From Tubulanus polymorphus (Eukaryota > Animalia > Nemertea): a stretch of DNA of 64,000 nucleotides. The notes under the pieces were generated by a model. It was not told where the DNA came from. It saw only the letters and a list, made by a program, of their open reading frames with translations, and made no database searches. The stretch covers positions 2,232,001 to 2,296,000 of the forward strand of contig NC_134036.1 in the NCBI RefSeq assembly GCF_964204645.1, written 5' to 3'. The translations under genes and the position numbers were made by a program. Of the stretch, positions 14,001 through 28,721 are shown piece by piece; within the stretch, counting starts at the first letter, position 1, and every line of letters begins with the position of its first letter.

Positions 14001-17000
14001 TGCAGAGAGTCTATTATCGAACCAGTCAATAACCACGCCGATGGTACTCAGCGGTGTCTGCGCCAAGGTCGATAACTACGAAAATCTCGAATAGAAAAAT
14101 AAGAATCTTTCCAATAAAAAATTCGAATCTACGAAATCGATTTGTACTCGGCCACGAAACGCCGCAGGGGAAGAGGAACCGAGAGGGAGAGGGGAGAGAG
14201 TTGTGGGGGTTAGATCTAGCCGCGAGCTGGGTATCGGGAACAATCAGCTCAGATATTTGAAGAGTCACCGACATCGGACTCGGATATCGATGTCAACGCA
14301 AACAAAAAGCTTTAATCGACAAGACAGTGAAGTCTCCACAACGGATCGAATCTCGGAGAATCAGTACACACGCGGCGATGTCTTTCTAACCGTCGCCGGA
14401 GGGGAAGAGGGAGAGGAGAGATGGAGAGGAGAGAGAGAGGAGAGATGGAGAGGCAGAGATCATGAGATCAGTTAGAGCGAAGTCGTACGTATTTGTTTAG
14501 CAGACGAGCGTGTGGACAGCTGCGCGCTACGGCGGCGCAGACGGTAACGAAGGGAAAACGATTTTCGATTTTGCGAATGTGAGATAGAGAAGTATATAGA
14601 TTACTCGTGGACAGCTGTTGTCGGATAAAAGGAACGAACATCACTGCGCCCCAGTTTTAGGAGTTCTAAAGTAACGACCTGGTTCAAAGCTCCCGATTCA
14701 ACAGTTGACGATTTTCTAACGGCTACTTTCTTGTACAAATTGTGACATAAAGTTTCGTTAGTTTCAAGTTTCAAAGTTAGTTTCAGATCAACAAATAAAT
14801 CAATCATCTTCAACTCGAAAAGAACGGCTGTATCATTAGTTCGAAATTCTCGCGTGTCCTCTCGAGATTCCACGTGATTTGGACATTATCTTAAACACAA
14901 AACAATCCCCACTTCTTAAACTGGTTTTAAATGCAAGATATGACCGTGTAACAGGAACCCTAGTGCAACAGATATTTTAATTCAGACATGGTTCACAGAG
15001 CCAGTTTGGGATTTTCTTCTAAAAAAAAATACAAAACACACACAAGAGAATCCAGTTTAATTACCAGATCTCCTGATCTCCTGATCGCCTGATCGTCTGA
15101 ATGATCTGCTCTCCCGATGGAACAAAGCGATCGATTTCAGAAACGAAGCTTCACGCTCGAAATTGAAAACCGTATTTTTGTAATTAAATCTTCACGCAGA
15201 CGAGTATAAAGTGAACGCAGACGATCAGATCAGATCGGTGTGTGGGGATAAATCACGAATAGTATCGAGACATCACGCGAGATTGTGTTTCGGTCTGTGT
15301 TAGGACTGATATACCTAGAGGAAACTAGACACGTCGTGTTAGAAAAAGGATGAAAGGATGAAAGGAAGATGAAGAGGCGGAAGAGGAGGAGAGTCTCATG
15401 AGGGACTGACGGTTTCGTCATAAATATGATATGGACGCGTACAGGACATCAGCAGGGTGCCCCGGGTTCGAATCCTATTGTCCTAAGAAGCGAAGGTCGT
15501 GTGTTATCGTTCACATCTGACGTCATCGAAAAATCGATGACGTCACCGTTTTGGTGTAAAAAAAATGGCGCCTAATACGTCATTGTTTCTAGTGCTGGTG
15601 TAGAATATGGTGTACACGTCATCGTTTTTAGCGTTCTCGTGAAAAAATGATGTACACTTCTGACAGTTTTTGGTGCCTGGTGTAGAAAATGGTCCCTATA
15701 CGTCATCGTTTTTAGTGACTGATGCGATGCCTGGTCTCGTCTGCCGTTTACGTCCGATGAACAGTCGATCAACTGTTCAAATATCAGTGACATCATCATC
15801 TCAAATAAACATTGTTTATCGCCTGCTCGAGTTGGTAAATATTCACTATAATAACACTACATCGAGACTTTTTATTCTTCACTGTCAACGGAATCATCGT
15901 CATTCTTGAGCAGACGATATGTGAAGGTCACTAGCCAGGGTACACTTCGCCATGATAAAATCGTAACAATCTATATCAGCGTTTAATGTTTTAATGAAAC
16001 AGTAATAAACGAGATTATGCTATTTTTGGATCGATTTTTAACAGAAGAATTGAATAGTGTTCAGACTGGAAGCAGGCGGCCATCAACACAGCGTATCAGT
16101 TTATGATATATAATATGATATATCGGTTTATGATATATCAATGATATTTCGGGGCGAGTTAATGGCAGTTTATCAGCGTTTTATCATTGTTTACCAGACG
16201 CAAACTTATCACTAATTTCCCCGCTATGATAAGCGGTCCATTTAGCCGCTGTAAGGGGTTACTCAACGGCTGACTGTGTTACGGAGTGTCGCTAAGGTTA
16301 CTGTTGCTAACTGAAACCCTTCCGCAAACGATGTAAGGCCCGATGACATAATTCGGGCCTTAGAGATGGCGCCGCGTCCTAGAGACGTGAGTGGATTAAG
16401 TGAATAATAACTTTGGGCAACCATCAAATCTGGTTACTGGGACATTAATGCTATGAGTCCAAACAATGGACAAAAGACGTTGGTCCACCCAGTAACAACC
16501 ATATGCCGGTGTCTTGGCAACGATGGGCCTAGATGCTATGGAGGACACAGGGCTCTCGTCCTAAAAAACTATTACATCATAGCCAACTGTATGGTCATTT
16601 TATGTCAGGCATCAACAGTAATCTGCTACTTTGTCCTTGGCTGCCGTTAATATTCTCAATATTCTTGTAATACCACTCAAGGCGTCGTACTAGAAATCCT
16701 CGAATCCAGAAAATAGGCTTATCGAATTTTCTCATTTTCTCACAACGACATAGAGAACTTGATTTTCAATCTAATTCAGTTTTAGATTTTATTTCCTCTC
16801 GATCGAACGTCGTTTTTACACGAAGCTGACGCCGCGGGGGAGGGCGAGGGGGAGGGAAACGGAAGTGAGAATATCACGATGTTATCGCTAAGAAGTTTAC
16901 GAGATGAAAATCTCATTCGTGGTAAATTTGATATTGAATCTCAAAATCGAAAAATGACGAAATAAAGTGCGCCTCAAGGCAGAAATACTGGGAATCTTAT

Positions 17001-19364
17001 CAGTTACGGAGTTTCTAGGGGAAATGATCCAACTTTCTTTTCATTTTAAGTTTAATATCTTTTCAGTTTTTCTGAATTTTTCAAATTTATCAATGTAGTT
17101 GTTCTATTCTAAATAAAAATCACCTGAAAAACGACGATATTTTCAAACTGTTCGTTGAAATTCGTCAAAATTATTTTTTTTTCAAACCAAACTTCAACTT
17201 CGAACGAATCGTTGACAAAACACCTACGTGAATCGAAAATATATTTTTACTCGTCCTAATCCGGGATTAATTCGCGACGCGTGCTCGTATAGGGATCAGA
17301 CGGAGATGATACAACTCCAGGAGTATAGAACCGGTCGCTAGTACTAGATCAAAGCCAATAACAGAAATCCGGAGTTTATACACATATAGGAATAATCCCG
17401 GACACTTCCTTCCTGCATAATCACAGACAAACAGTCGCTGGCATGACAACAGTAATCAGGAAATAGAAACGACTATCATTATTGAAACGAATACCATTAT
17501 TGCATTCGGTATTGCCTCGGTTTGGAAGGGATGGCAGAATGTTGTATCAACAAAACGAAAAAGAATATTTATGATAGACACCATTGAAGTTCATAAGGCT
17601 TTGGAATTCTGATGGTATCACAAATTAAAGGTCTTCTTCGTCGATTGAACGCTGAAATATTCACGGACAAAAATGTGTCTCAATCAGTAATCAAACTTAA
17701 ACATTTCCGTTCAAATTTGTCAGTAATCAAAAAGGTAAGACCCTCAGTAAATCTTCAATGTGGACAAGTGTAGCGGTAATCAAGTAAACCTTGAATATTT
17801 CCGTTCAAATTTATCTGTAAGGACTAAGACCCTCAGTAACATAATTCATGTTTCTGTAACACCTTTCATTTCTGTTCAATTGTCAGTTATCAAGGTCGTA
17901 AGCCCTCCAAATTATTGGATAAATATTTCATATTTCTTTAAGCATTATCAAAATGGATTAGGATTATCGCAAAACGTCGTATTGAAAGGGGAACCTGAAC
18001 TCGACCACGCACTTCTCATCATTGATCACTTTTTTACTCATCCCCTTTGTGTCCGGGCTGTACGTGACGTTACCCCTCCCGCATGACGGACGAAAAATAA
18101 GAAGCGTCATGTCCGAGCCAATATCACTTACAAGTTATCAGAAATAATCCGTAATCAATCAATCATAAGTTTTACAACATCCTCGGACTGTCTTTCAGCC
18201 GACGAGTTACCGAACCACGAAATTCCATTACTTACTGGAAATAGCACATTGATACCTAAATATGGCTTCCCAGATACATCCATTTATGATATCATCTTAA
18301 CATAAAATTGAGTAAGATATAAAGAGACTTCTAGAAAAGATGGCTGCTTCCATAAATAGCACTATGACGTAATGAACTTGACATGAAGATGTAGGATCTA
18401 CCGGTAAAGACGACGTAATAAATCCTCTAATGATGTCATCAATCAAATTCATTTGAAGATGTAGACACTTCAAGACTTATTCCATGAATCCCCCTATGAT
18501 GTCATCAAATTGACGTTGACACTCATAGAAAAGATTAGCTGCCAAAAAATGAAATTGTCCATGACCTAATCAAACTTGCCTCCATAAATCCTTTTGGCGC
18601 TACATAGGCTTAGGTGTAAGACCAGTCTCAGAGCGGCTGTTCTGTCAGCAATCTACGCAATTTTCTTTAAACCAGTTCTAAGATTTAACGTCACGACCAG
18701 TTTAAGAGCGACTTTTCTACGCAACTTAAGACCAGTTCTAAGAACGTCACGATAGTGCCACTGGGCCCTGGAAGATATCGCTAGGATCAATATCAACATT
18801 TAAACGACAAAAAAAAAACTGACTTATGAATTCATCCATTTTTCCTGACAAGAGATTTTTATGAAGTTTATCTATAAATTCTGCTTAAATGATAATCGTC
18901 TGGCGTATCGTCTGCCGTAAATATCGATCCAACTCTTGAGGCGATATCTATCTTGCGACGATCAAGCGGAACAAATTTCCATTAAACGATTTTATTAAAA
19001 ACAATCTCCTTGAAGACAAACTTCATTATAGAAATATTTCCCCTCGGTACCTGACATACAAGCTTTACTTTAATCCAATTCGGTATATTAACAAATACTC
19101 AAGTTTCATCCCCTTGGGCGAAAAGCAACTTCCGATTATCTTAATCCATACTGTGACTTGCGGGCATCAAATTCTTTTTTTTAATCCTGACATCGACAGA
19201 CAGTTGGAAGTAGAACAAATCTCAAATCTCAAATGGAATTTGATGCAATCTCAACTTGATGCAGATGGCATAGAAATTTCGATATTCTTAAGATAACAGT
19301 CAGAAATCAAGTAAAACATGTTTCCTAATACACAGATGGGCAAGGTATCTGACAAGGCTACATG

Positions 19365-19762
19365 CGCGACACATCATCCCCTGGTGGCGATTCACAAAAA
19401 CATGCAGACAGATAACACAATTTCGACAGAAGTCGTCCATCCCACCGGCAAACATTAATATCTTATTCAATTAAATTCAACCAAGTGCTACGTGTGCCAT
19501 CTTAAAAGGCAACTTGAGCGACGGATCATCCCCTGGTGTCGATTTACGCAAACACAGACAGATGCAAACACAATTTCGACAGATGTGATCTCTCCCAGCG
19601 ACCTAATTCAATATCTCATTCAATTAAGTTCAATTTTATTAGCCCAGTGGGACTTGCGCCATCTAAAAGGCTACTTGCAAGACGGATCATCCCCTGGTGT
19701 CGATTAACGCAAACACAGACGGATGCAAACACAATTTCGACAGAAGTGATCTCTCCCAGCCA
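19365..19762. repeat. Tandem triplication of about 155 bp
   Basis: ATCATCCCCTGGTG...ACACAATTTCGACAGA recurs at about 19373, 19525 and 19686. Confidence 0.85.
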
Positions 19763-22700
19763 ACCCCACGAAGATACATTAATCATTGAGTTGCATTACG
19801 GGAAACATGAGATTTCAATAAAACATTGACGACTCATAAACGACTTGAGGAGATTGAGGAGATTGAGGAGCGAGGACGTCACAGTAACGGCTACAATAAA
19901 TAAACAGACGTGACCTGTTTATAACAAACACTGAACGACGCATTGGTCGCTTTACCTTGGACCGTCTGTCCTTCTCAAGATGATGGGATGCTCAATTCTC
20001 ACAGAAAAAAATACTGAGTGACGCATTGGTCGCTTTACCTAGGATTGTCTGTCCTTCTCAAGATGGGACGCTCAACATTGGGCTTCATGATGGAATACTC
20101 AACCATAACGCAAGATAGTAGTATTATTGGGCAATGCTTACCACATGTGCAAAAACTGGTCCTTCAAATAACGTCGGGCTTCACTTGCCAGAGACAGAAC
20201 TTTACCTGGGACTGTCCTTCCTAGGATGATGGGTACTCAACCCTCGCAGAATACGGTAGGATTGGGCAACATGAAATATTCAACCCTAACACAAAATAGC
20301 AGTATTGGGCAATGCTGAACACATATCAGGCATGACGTGAGGTAGCTACATTGGCCCACAGCACTCGCTTGCCAGGGACTGTCACCCTCAACATAATGGC
20401 ATACCCAACTCTAATTCAAGATTGCAGTGCAGGGACATACTCCGACACAAGCTGGCGGTATTGGGCAATGCCATGCCAACGGGTAGTGATATTGGTCCAC
20501 AGCTCTGGTTTGTCAGGATCTGTCCTATCAAACATGTCATACCCGACCCAAACGCAAGATGGTCGCATTGACACATGCAAAGATGCAGGGCAGTGTCATT
20601 GGTCTCAAATACCAGGGACCTTCCTCTCCAAGTAGATTGCATTGGCAATACAATGGTCCACAAAACTCGCTTCCTAGAGGTTGTACTGTCCGATCATTGT
20701 CTACAGTTATATCGCATCCCAGCCTGTGATGCGGTATAACTGTAGGCAATGATAGTGGTGTTGGAAGTGCAGCGACTGCAGCGGCCAAATCCGCGACAAC
20801 AATTTACTGTATGGCTTTTTTTTCTTTGAATACCACGTTTTCTAAGAAATTAAGTCAATTCACCGCGGCAATACTAAGAATCTGTCCGAAGTCGGCATTT
20901 GCCCGCAGCAATAAAACATTGCTTCCAACGCGCCTACCTAGAGTGGATAGGCCAGTATTACTGGCATTTCTACTCTAGCGTGGAACTAGACTCACTTGCC
21001 AGAGACGGACGGCGATAAATATATAAACGAAGGAAATATCAAAAATGAAAAAAGAGACATAGACAATATAAAGCGGGATAGTGAACGTGTTTGGAGAGCA
21101 CTTGACAACTGTTAACGGCGCGCTATCCGTGTCAGTCAGCCAGATGGTCAAATATCATCAACACCGGTACGAGCAGACGATCAATTAGACTTCTGCTCTT
21201 TCGGCAGACGACCGTGAGAGCTACAGTGACGACGAGAACCAATCGTGTGGTCTACTGTTGTCGTTAATAGAGATTGCCGATACAGGTACTAAATGAACAT
21301 GTGTAACTAGTGTGTTTGGTGAACTGGTCAACGATAGCTTCAGTGACTGGAATGATAGCTTTTGAATAAATCATCACAAAGAAAATAATATCAATAACTT
21401 GACTATTAATTTAGTCAACAATATCATTTGATGCTGCGGCAGTACATGTGACCAAAGAACGGATGGTTCAGCCTCTGGACTGTCAGCTGACTTGCAATGA
21501 TCGGGGCGAAACAAACAGAAGATATGCAAGACTATGTGAAACAATCAAGCTGGTTGTTCATACTTTGGGCATTAGGCAAAGTCGATTGCAGAAGTCAATC
21601 CAATTCGGCAGACGACAGCGTTTGGAAAAAGGTCGATGTCCAGCAATGAAACTGACATTCGGAGATAATATGGACGAGATGAGTTGGACGAGGAAAAATA
21701 TTAGTTGCCAATTTTCGACGTGATAACAAAAAAAAGTCTCCCGGACAACCGTTGACGAGGAAACGGATTATTGTAATAAGACAGGAACTGTTACCATGGC
21801 TCGTATTATTGCGACACATTGTCATTCATCCATCTCATCGATGTCCATCGCCGATATTTCGCTGGGGTTTTTTTCTGCTGCTGCTTCTGGTGTGGCAGTG
21901 TCACTAAGTCTGGCGGAGAAGGGCAGACGATGACAAGCCGCGTCTACACTCTATTCTTAAGCCATAACCTTTTCTATTTAGCAATCAGCATCGATCGAGC
22001 GAATCTTCATTTTTTTGCAAACACAAGAATCCACTAGTTCCGAGTCAACACTAATTGATCGGCACCTATTGAATCTAAAGTTGTAGTCTCAAGTTAACTA
22101 AGGCTATATATAAATCGATACCATGTTTCTAATTCTGCCAATTTGAACTAGCCGGCCGACTTTCTAACTTGACCACAATGACTTTCTTTAAAATCATGAT
22201 CAAGTTATTCCTGAAGTTATTCCTGAACAGACGTGGTACTTTTAGAAATGAACTGATTACAAGTTTCATTGCTATTCTACTCTCCGCGTTACTTTTTTGA
22301 GTTATTTGCAAACTTCCGCGGCTAACTCGATTAGTTTATGTGATGCCATTGGGGAACATGACATGGATATATGAATTAACAGTATATGAATTAACAGTCT
22401 ATACTCTATGTGTTGTGCCACAAGAGATTGAATATCGGACAAAATCGGTTGCGTGCGAACAGTTTTTTTCGTCCAACCTCTCCATCGCCGAATTAACAAC
22501 TACAGCGGTTAAAAGGTCGCACGCGATCAAAAGTCCGACGACGCATTTTATCGCTGAATAACTTGCTTAGATCCGTCTGCGAAGAGCTTCCCGCTCGTTC
22601 ATAATGATTCGAAACACGAAACTGCACTCAAATCGTTATGTAATGTTATCGACGGCGGGTTAGAGGTGCAAATTACCGTTTTATGAGTTCCATGGTCGTC

Positions 22701-25700
22701 TGCACGAGACTAGACTGCTAAGAAACGGTGTCAAAACAGTTTGTTACATTATTACCGCTAAGAAACGGTGCATAACGGTTTGTCGCATTGTTATGATCTG
22801 AATTTGAAAATAACTGCTGGTAACGAACGATTACCGAAAATGCTAAGCAACACGACAACGGTTAATCATATTGTTATAGTTTGAATATTTGAAATAACGA
22901 CCCGAGACATCAGTCGGATGTGGAGAGTGATTTGCATCGACAAAAAGGCACAGAAACAGACGGAGGTGAATAAAACGAAGACATTCTGAAAAGAACCTCA
23001 TGAATGCGATATAGATGATCAATACACGGGGACAGAAATGTAAAATTTATAACATCACAAATGGAAAAGATCCTGGCAAAAATGTTGTTCGTCGCAAAAA
23101 TGGCGAATAAGCCCCCGAAACGATGCTTGCTGTTGGTGGCTCCATTTTCACTAACCCCAATATCTAACACAGACGGCAGTGGTGTGGCTTTGAAGGGTTT
23201 TTTCACGTAGCCATCAGTCAATATTGTGTTGACCGTGTTCGAGGCTGTGGTTTGTTAATCACGTTGTCCTCGAGCCAGCTCACTCACTCGCCGCTGCGCA
23301 CTGATGTATTTATTAGGGCGAATTACCGCCCGGTATTGGATCTACTTTGATAACGGCTTATATAGCCGAGATTAGCCTCGGATGAGATTCTAATTACCGC
23401 ACCGGCAGACGACAGTGTGCATGAGTGGACACCGTATAACAGCAACATCAGCAGCAGCAGCAGCAGCTGAGTGGACCTGTTACTGGTACGTACCGGCCCT
23501 TGATGTATATCTCAAGGACGTAAATACGTCCATCATTTTCAGTAGCGTCCATATATACATCCAAACATCAATTTGGTGATGTCATAGGTGGTTTTGTAAA
23601 GGTGGCCATCTTTTCTGGAGGTGGCTTATAACCACTTCGATTCGAAGTTGAGGGTAGATTCGAAGTAGCAGACATATTTGTAAAGACGTTCCAATGTCTC
23701 CACGTCAATTTTGGTTATCTTAGCTTTTATTGCGAGGTCGATATCACCACCTCAATTCTATGGGGTGCATGCATGAAGGTTGCCAACATTTTCCAAAGTC
23801 GATTCTCAACCTGTAGAAATTCTCAAAACAGAGAGAACAGATATCAATTTACTAAGTGTCCATATTATCCAAACTCAAAAGTTTCATGACGTCATAGGGG
23901 GATGTGTGATATGCTTAAACTAAAAACTGTGTTGATTATGAATCGAGTTTTTAAATCGCAAGAAGAAACGCTCTTGAGATTAATGGAAAATCTCTGTCGT
24001 GTTCAGCATTGCGTGAATGTTGAGCTGATGACGATCTCGGTGTAACCCTCCCCCCCCCCTCTCTCCGTGGAGCTGTAGCGAGAGAGCAGCGAGTAGAACA
24101 ACAGACACAACAGGTTCTCGGTGAACCCACTCCCCTAACAGCTGTAGCGGGAGATCAGCGAGTAGAATCGTCAAAATAGGTTCTCAGTGAAACCCCTCTA
24201 CGCGGAGTAGTACAGTCACAGGACCCCCTCTCCCTCTCCTCACAGCTGTAGCGGGACAGCAGCGAGTAGAACAGTCGCAATATATTCTCGGCGAACCCCT
24301 TCCCCTCACAGCTGAAGTGAGGAACAGCAGGTGGAACAGACACAATAGGTTCCCAATCGTCCCATGGCTCCAGTGACATAGATAGCCCAGCCAGGCGATA
24401 AAACAAGTTCTCAATTGAACCTGCGTCACATCACACCGAACTAACGGTTCTCAGAAATCACAATAAAGACACATTCTACAGATTAGAATAAATTGATAAC
24501 AATATTCTAAAAGCTCGATTATAATTTAATACGATAAGATATCGATAATAATAATAACCAAAGCTCGATCGTTTCGTGACGTCACGCCATAGAATCGGCT
24601 CCCTTTCCTCACACAAGAGATACTAGATCAAAACCGTTAACGATATTGATAAATTTCACCCTTTAGAAAAGATATCTCGATATTAAATTATTACGATACG
24701 ATATCAATCAATCGACACTGAATTGTTTGAAGATGTTTGCACCTAGAAAACGAATACTGTCGTCTGCCGAATCGGTCTGTAAACACTCGATTTTCGTCTG
24801 CTTAAAAACAAACAATCGCACGCTATCTAGGCGTAATTACTTTTTATCGCCTGCGCGAAACGGAGATATAGGGAAAAATAATTAATGCGTCTCGATCGAA
24901 GATACTGTATCCAATAAAAAATCCAATATAACTTGTATCCATTTTCATGGACTCATTCATATACAAAATGTCTGAAAGAGTTTCCACAAAAAGGAGACAT
25001 CAATAAAAATATACAATTGGGATTTCTGTATCTAGTTCTAGAAATGGTTGAATCAAAAGAGCTCTAAAATCTATCTGGAAGAGTTTCTACAAAAAGGAGT
25101 CATCAATAGAATTACTCTATTGAAATTATGTTCTGAATAAACTTTTTAGATTTGGAAATAGTTGAATCCAAGGCGTTCTAAAATCATCACATCCATCTGT
25201 GCGGAAAAATGTCCATAAATAAAAAAGTTTAATCCACTTTATATTATTATTAATTTATCAATATTTTTGCGAGATTATTAATTTCGTTCTTTTGCCATCC
25301 ACGAGCATAAATGCTGAACCGGGAGAGAGCGATAGATTGAATGAAATTCAATCTGTCCTGGAAATGGTTGAATCCAAAGAGGTCTTCGAACCTAAAGTAA
25401 CTATACACTGACGTTAAGGCTCTCAGTGACAGAATATAATGTGATCCACGTGACGTCGAGTTTACAATTCTATGACTATAAGAAATTGGAATCGCGAACA
25501 CGTAGGCGTCAAAATATCTTTTCTTTTTGTTAGTAGTGATAAAGAACATATTTCGTATCATCAGTAATTTGAGATATCACCGCATGGTTCTTGAGATATC
25601 GCAGCAGAGTTCTTTTCTCTTCTCAACAGGCGAGATATTCCACGAAGACAGACGACAATGTCGTCAACTCACGACTGGCTTCAACAGGGTGATCGTTTTT

Positions 25701-26958
25701 CCAGAAAGCCGCCGCACCGAAACATCAGACAAGCGAACAAAACCAAGGACAACAGACATTCGTGTCATCCTGGGTCCAGGGCCCAGTTTAACGGAAAACT
25801 TGATTCATATTGACAACTTTACGTTTTCAATATATCAAAATTGAAAAACGAAGATTCCTTTTTTTCACCAAATCTTGATGTTTTCAATTACTTAACCAGG
25901 ATCCGAACGGTTCGAGGTATAAACTATTTCATGAAATAGAAAAACAATTTGTGGACGTGATAATTAGTTTGTTTCCTAAAAGAAAATTCTAAATCGTCTG
26001 GAGGAGAGAATGAGGAACCCTCAAAAAAAGAGTTTATTCACTTGCAATCAGTTACTTTATGTAACCATTAGAAACTTAAATTTGCTCTCATCAAACTCAG
26101 ATTTGATCAGTAAAAATCAAATAATCCTATAAATTGATTAGTTTAATCAATTTTTTGTTTCCTAGAAGATATTCGAATTCTTCCGAACGAGATTAAGGAA
26201 CCTTCGAAAACTAACGTAAGCCCACGGAAGTCAGGGTGGCGTTTTGCCCGCACGGCGACTACTCCGGTCGATAAAGGCTGACTTAAAAGTTTATTGTTGC
26301 CGCATTTCTTAGATACACGTAGTCGAAATACTTCCGACCGTCAATTCCGTCGTCGTCAAGGGAAATTCCAACAATGTCCCTGGCGAAATCGGAATCAATT
26401 TTCGTTTGACGTGTTTTTCGTCGCGGTATCCGTCGGGAATTCTGTCTAGAGCAGACGGCGGCCGGCGACCAATAAAGACACAGCTCCCTCTCAACAATGC
26501 GATACCGGTAACAATGACAACTCATCGAAGCGGTGATGAATATTTGACGGGTTTCCGGTGGCGGGGTCCCGGAAGACGCCGATACAAGTAAAATAAATGG
26601 AACATAACATACCTTCATAAAATATATATACAATTCGTATATAGAATATCTTGGAGGAAAAGCCCTCCTGACAAAGGCAATAAAATATGTAAAAAGGATT
26701 CGATCTCAAAGGTCGAGAGAGAGGAAAATGGAAGAGACAAGAGGAGGCGATTGGAAAATCCTGTACATGAATAAATACATCAGTGCAAAAGTTGTTAAGT
26801 ACAAAAAAAAGGTTTCAGGCAAAAGATGCCATCAAGAACTCACGATGAATTTACACCAAAAACGAAAGAACTACGGCAGGGCAGAAGAAGAGAGGAGATA
26901 AAAATGGCGGAATGATACGTCTTAAACTTTACAAAAACGACAAAACTATGCATGTGGC

Positions 26959-27190
26959 AGAGGTATAGATAGAGGTATAGATAGAGGTATAGATAGAGGT
27001 ATAGATAGAGGTATAGATAGAGGTATAGATAGAGGTATAGATAGAGGTATAGATAGAGGTATAGATAGAGGTATAGATAGAGGTATAGATAGAGGTATAG
27101 ATAGAGGTATAGATAGAGGTATAGATAGAGGTATAGATAGAGGTATAGATAGAGGTATAGATAGAGGTATAGATAGAGGTATAGATAGAG
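26959..27190. repeat. Perfect 12-bp minisatellite (AGAGGTATAGAT)n, about 19 copies
   Basis: Direct inspection. Confidence 0.97.
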
Positions 27191-28107
27191 GAGAATGAGA
27201 TTGAACATTTACTTTCAGAAAAGTCGGAAGAAAGCAAAATGGCGGAAACTCTCAGGTGCATCATTGTAAATACGCGAGTGCAGTCAAAAACGTGTTTCAG
27301 ATGGTGTCTAGAAATCGCGGCGAATTTACAACAAAATGAAACAATGGAAGTGACAGAGGAAGGAGAGAAAAATTAAAGTGTGTTATGAACTAATGTAACT
27401 GGGAAGAGAGCGCGAAATGTAAGGAGAGTCTCAGGTGTTCTCGTAAAAATAACCGAGCCATAAACATCGCGAAAATATGAATATTTAATGCATCTATTAA
27501 CGATAACAGAACGCACAAAAATGACTTTATCAATGAAACGTAATTGATATTTCACGTTGCCGTTACGCTTACGTTCAACAACCGACTAGAGAAGCGGCTG
27601 CTTCGCCAAGCGTTAAGATACATTACGGGCCGTTAGCAACGACGGCGTTATTACGTTAATGTGATTACAAACGTTGATCTTGTCTCAACGTTACCGCCTG
27701 ACAGATGCTGGCGTAGTCTATTAACGTCAAATAACGTCGAATGATACGTATACGTACACGCCAACGCTGCGCGTCAAGTGAGCCGTCCCGATATTATCCC
27801 GAAGCGTTTTCCTTTCATTTTTTTAAAGTACGATGATACATTACGTTACGTTACGTTACGTTAAGTAACGTATACGCCTAAATTGATGTTATTTTCTTTA
27901 CGGATATACGTCTAAAAAAGGGTTTTTTTTGCACGATACGCGAAGTCGTTACGATACGTTACGACGTTAAGTAACGTACACGGGCGGAAATGCTGATATT
28001 ACGCGGTGTACGATACGTCTGATTAAATTTAGTTTGTTGCGTCCTAACGCAGGTTTAATATCCGGGATGGAAAAGATTTTTAAGACGTAGCTTATTTACC
28101 AATTCGT

Positions 28108-28484
28108 GAGGCTATACAAATGGATACCTGGTTTCTCTTAATCGGCCGGGGGTCACTTTCATAAACTGCTATATATGAATTTTTAATCAGTTCATTTCTA
28201 TAACTGTCGGGTCTGTTATTGTTAGCTTGACCATGATTTTAAAGAAAGGTACCGAAGCCAAGAATAAGGCTGGAATAGAATGATACCTTGATTCTCCTAA
28301 TCAGCCGGGTCATTTTTGTAAACTGCAATAGAATTTGTAATCAGTTAATTTCTATAACTGCCGGGTTTTTTTTAGCTTGATCATGATTTCCTATAAATAA
28401 TGTACAAGTACATAGGCGGCTGGCTAGGTCAACTTTTAAACTCAGCAGAAATGAGAGAAACAAGGTATCAATTGTTTTAGCCTA
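28108..28484. mobile_element. Family G element with duplicated left half
   Basis: Two tandem left arms (28108 and about 28267) and one right arm, similar to 3279-3495. Confidence 0.72.
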
Positions 28485-28637
28485 ATCACATTTGAGAGAC
28501 TAAGTCTACAAATTTATCTAGAAAAGTGAACGCATGTGATTTCAGCTTATGGATTCAGCTTGCAGCTCGTCACAGGGCGTGGCGTGTACGTTGGGGGTTG
28601 GGGGAGTTTGATTGGTTGAAAATGTTAAAATTTGTTC

Positions 28638-28721
28638 ACTTACCTGAATTTAAGTTTCGTTCAAATTCGAGAAATAAAATATGAAAAGAGAAGAAAGAAA
28701 AAGATCATTAGTCATTGCGCT
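28638..28721 (-). promoter_or_regulatory. Candidate recursive splice site (zero-length exon)
   Basis: Minus strand reads TGACTAAT (branch point), TCTTTTTCTTTCTTCTCTTTTCATATTTTATTTCTC, then TTCAG|GTAAGT. No other AG for about 74 nt upstream. Confidence 0.65.

Noticed and set aside
17115-17150. TTTTTCAG|GTGATT on the minus strand as another ratchet point
   Set aside because: The donor is weak, the pyrimidine tract is short and there is a nearby upstream AG.
26610-26700. Possible small exon TTTGTCAG|GAGGGC...ATGAAG|GTATGT on the minus strand
   Set aside because: It has an in-frame stop in the receptor phase and no family similarity; it cannot be separated from chance.
26840-27264. LYLYLY / SIYT repeat ORFs
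   Set aside because: These are translations of a perfect 12-bp minisatellite.
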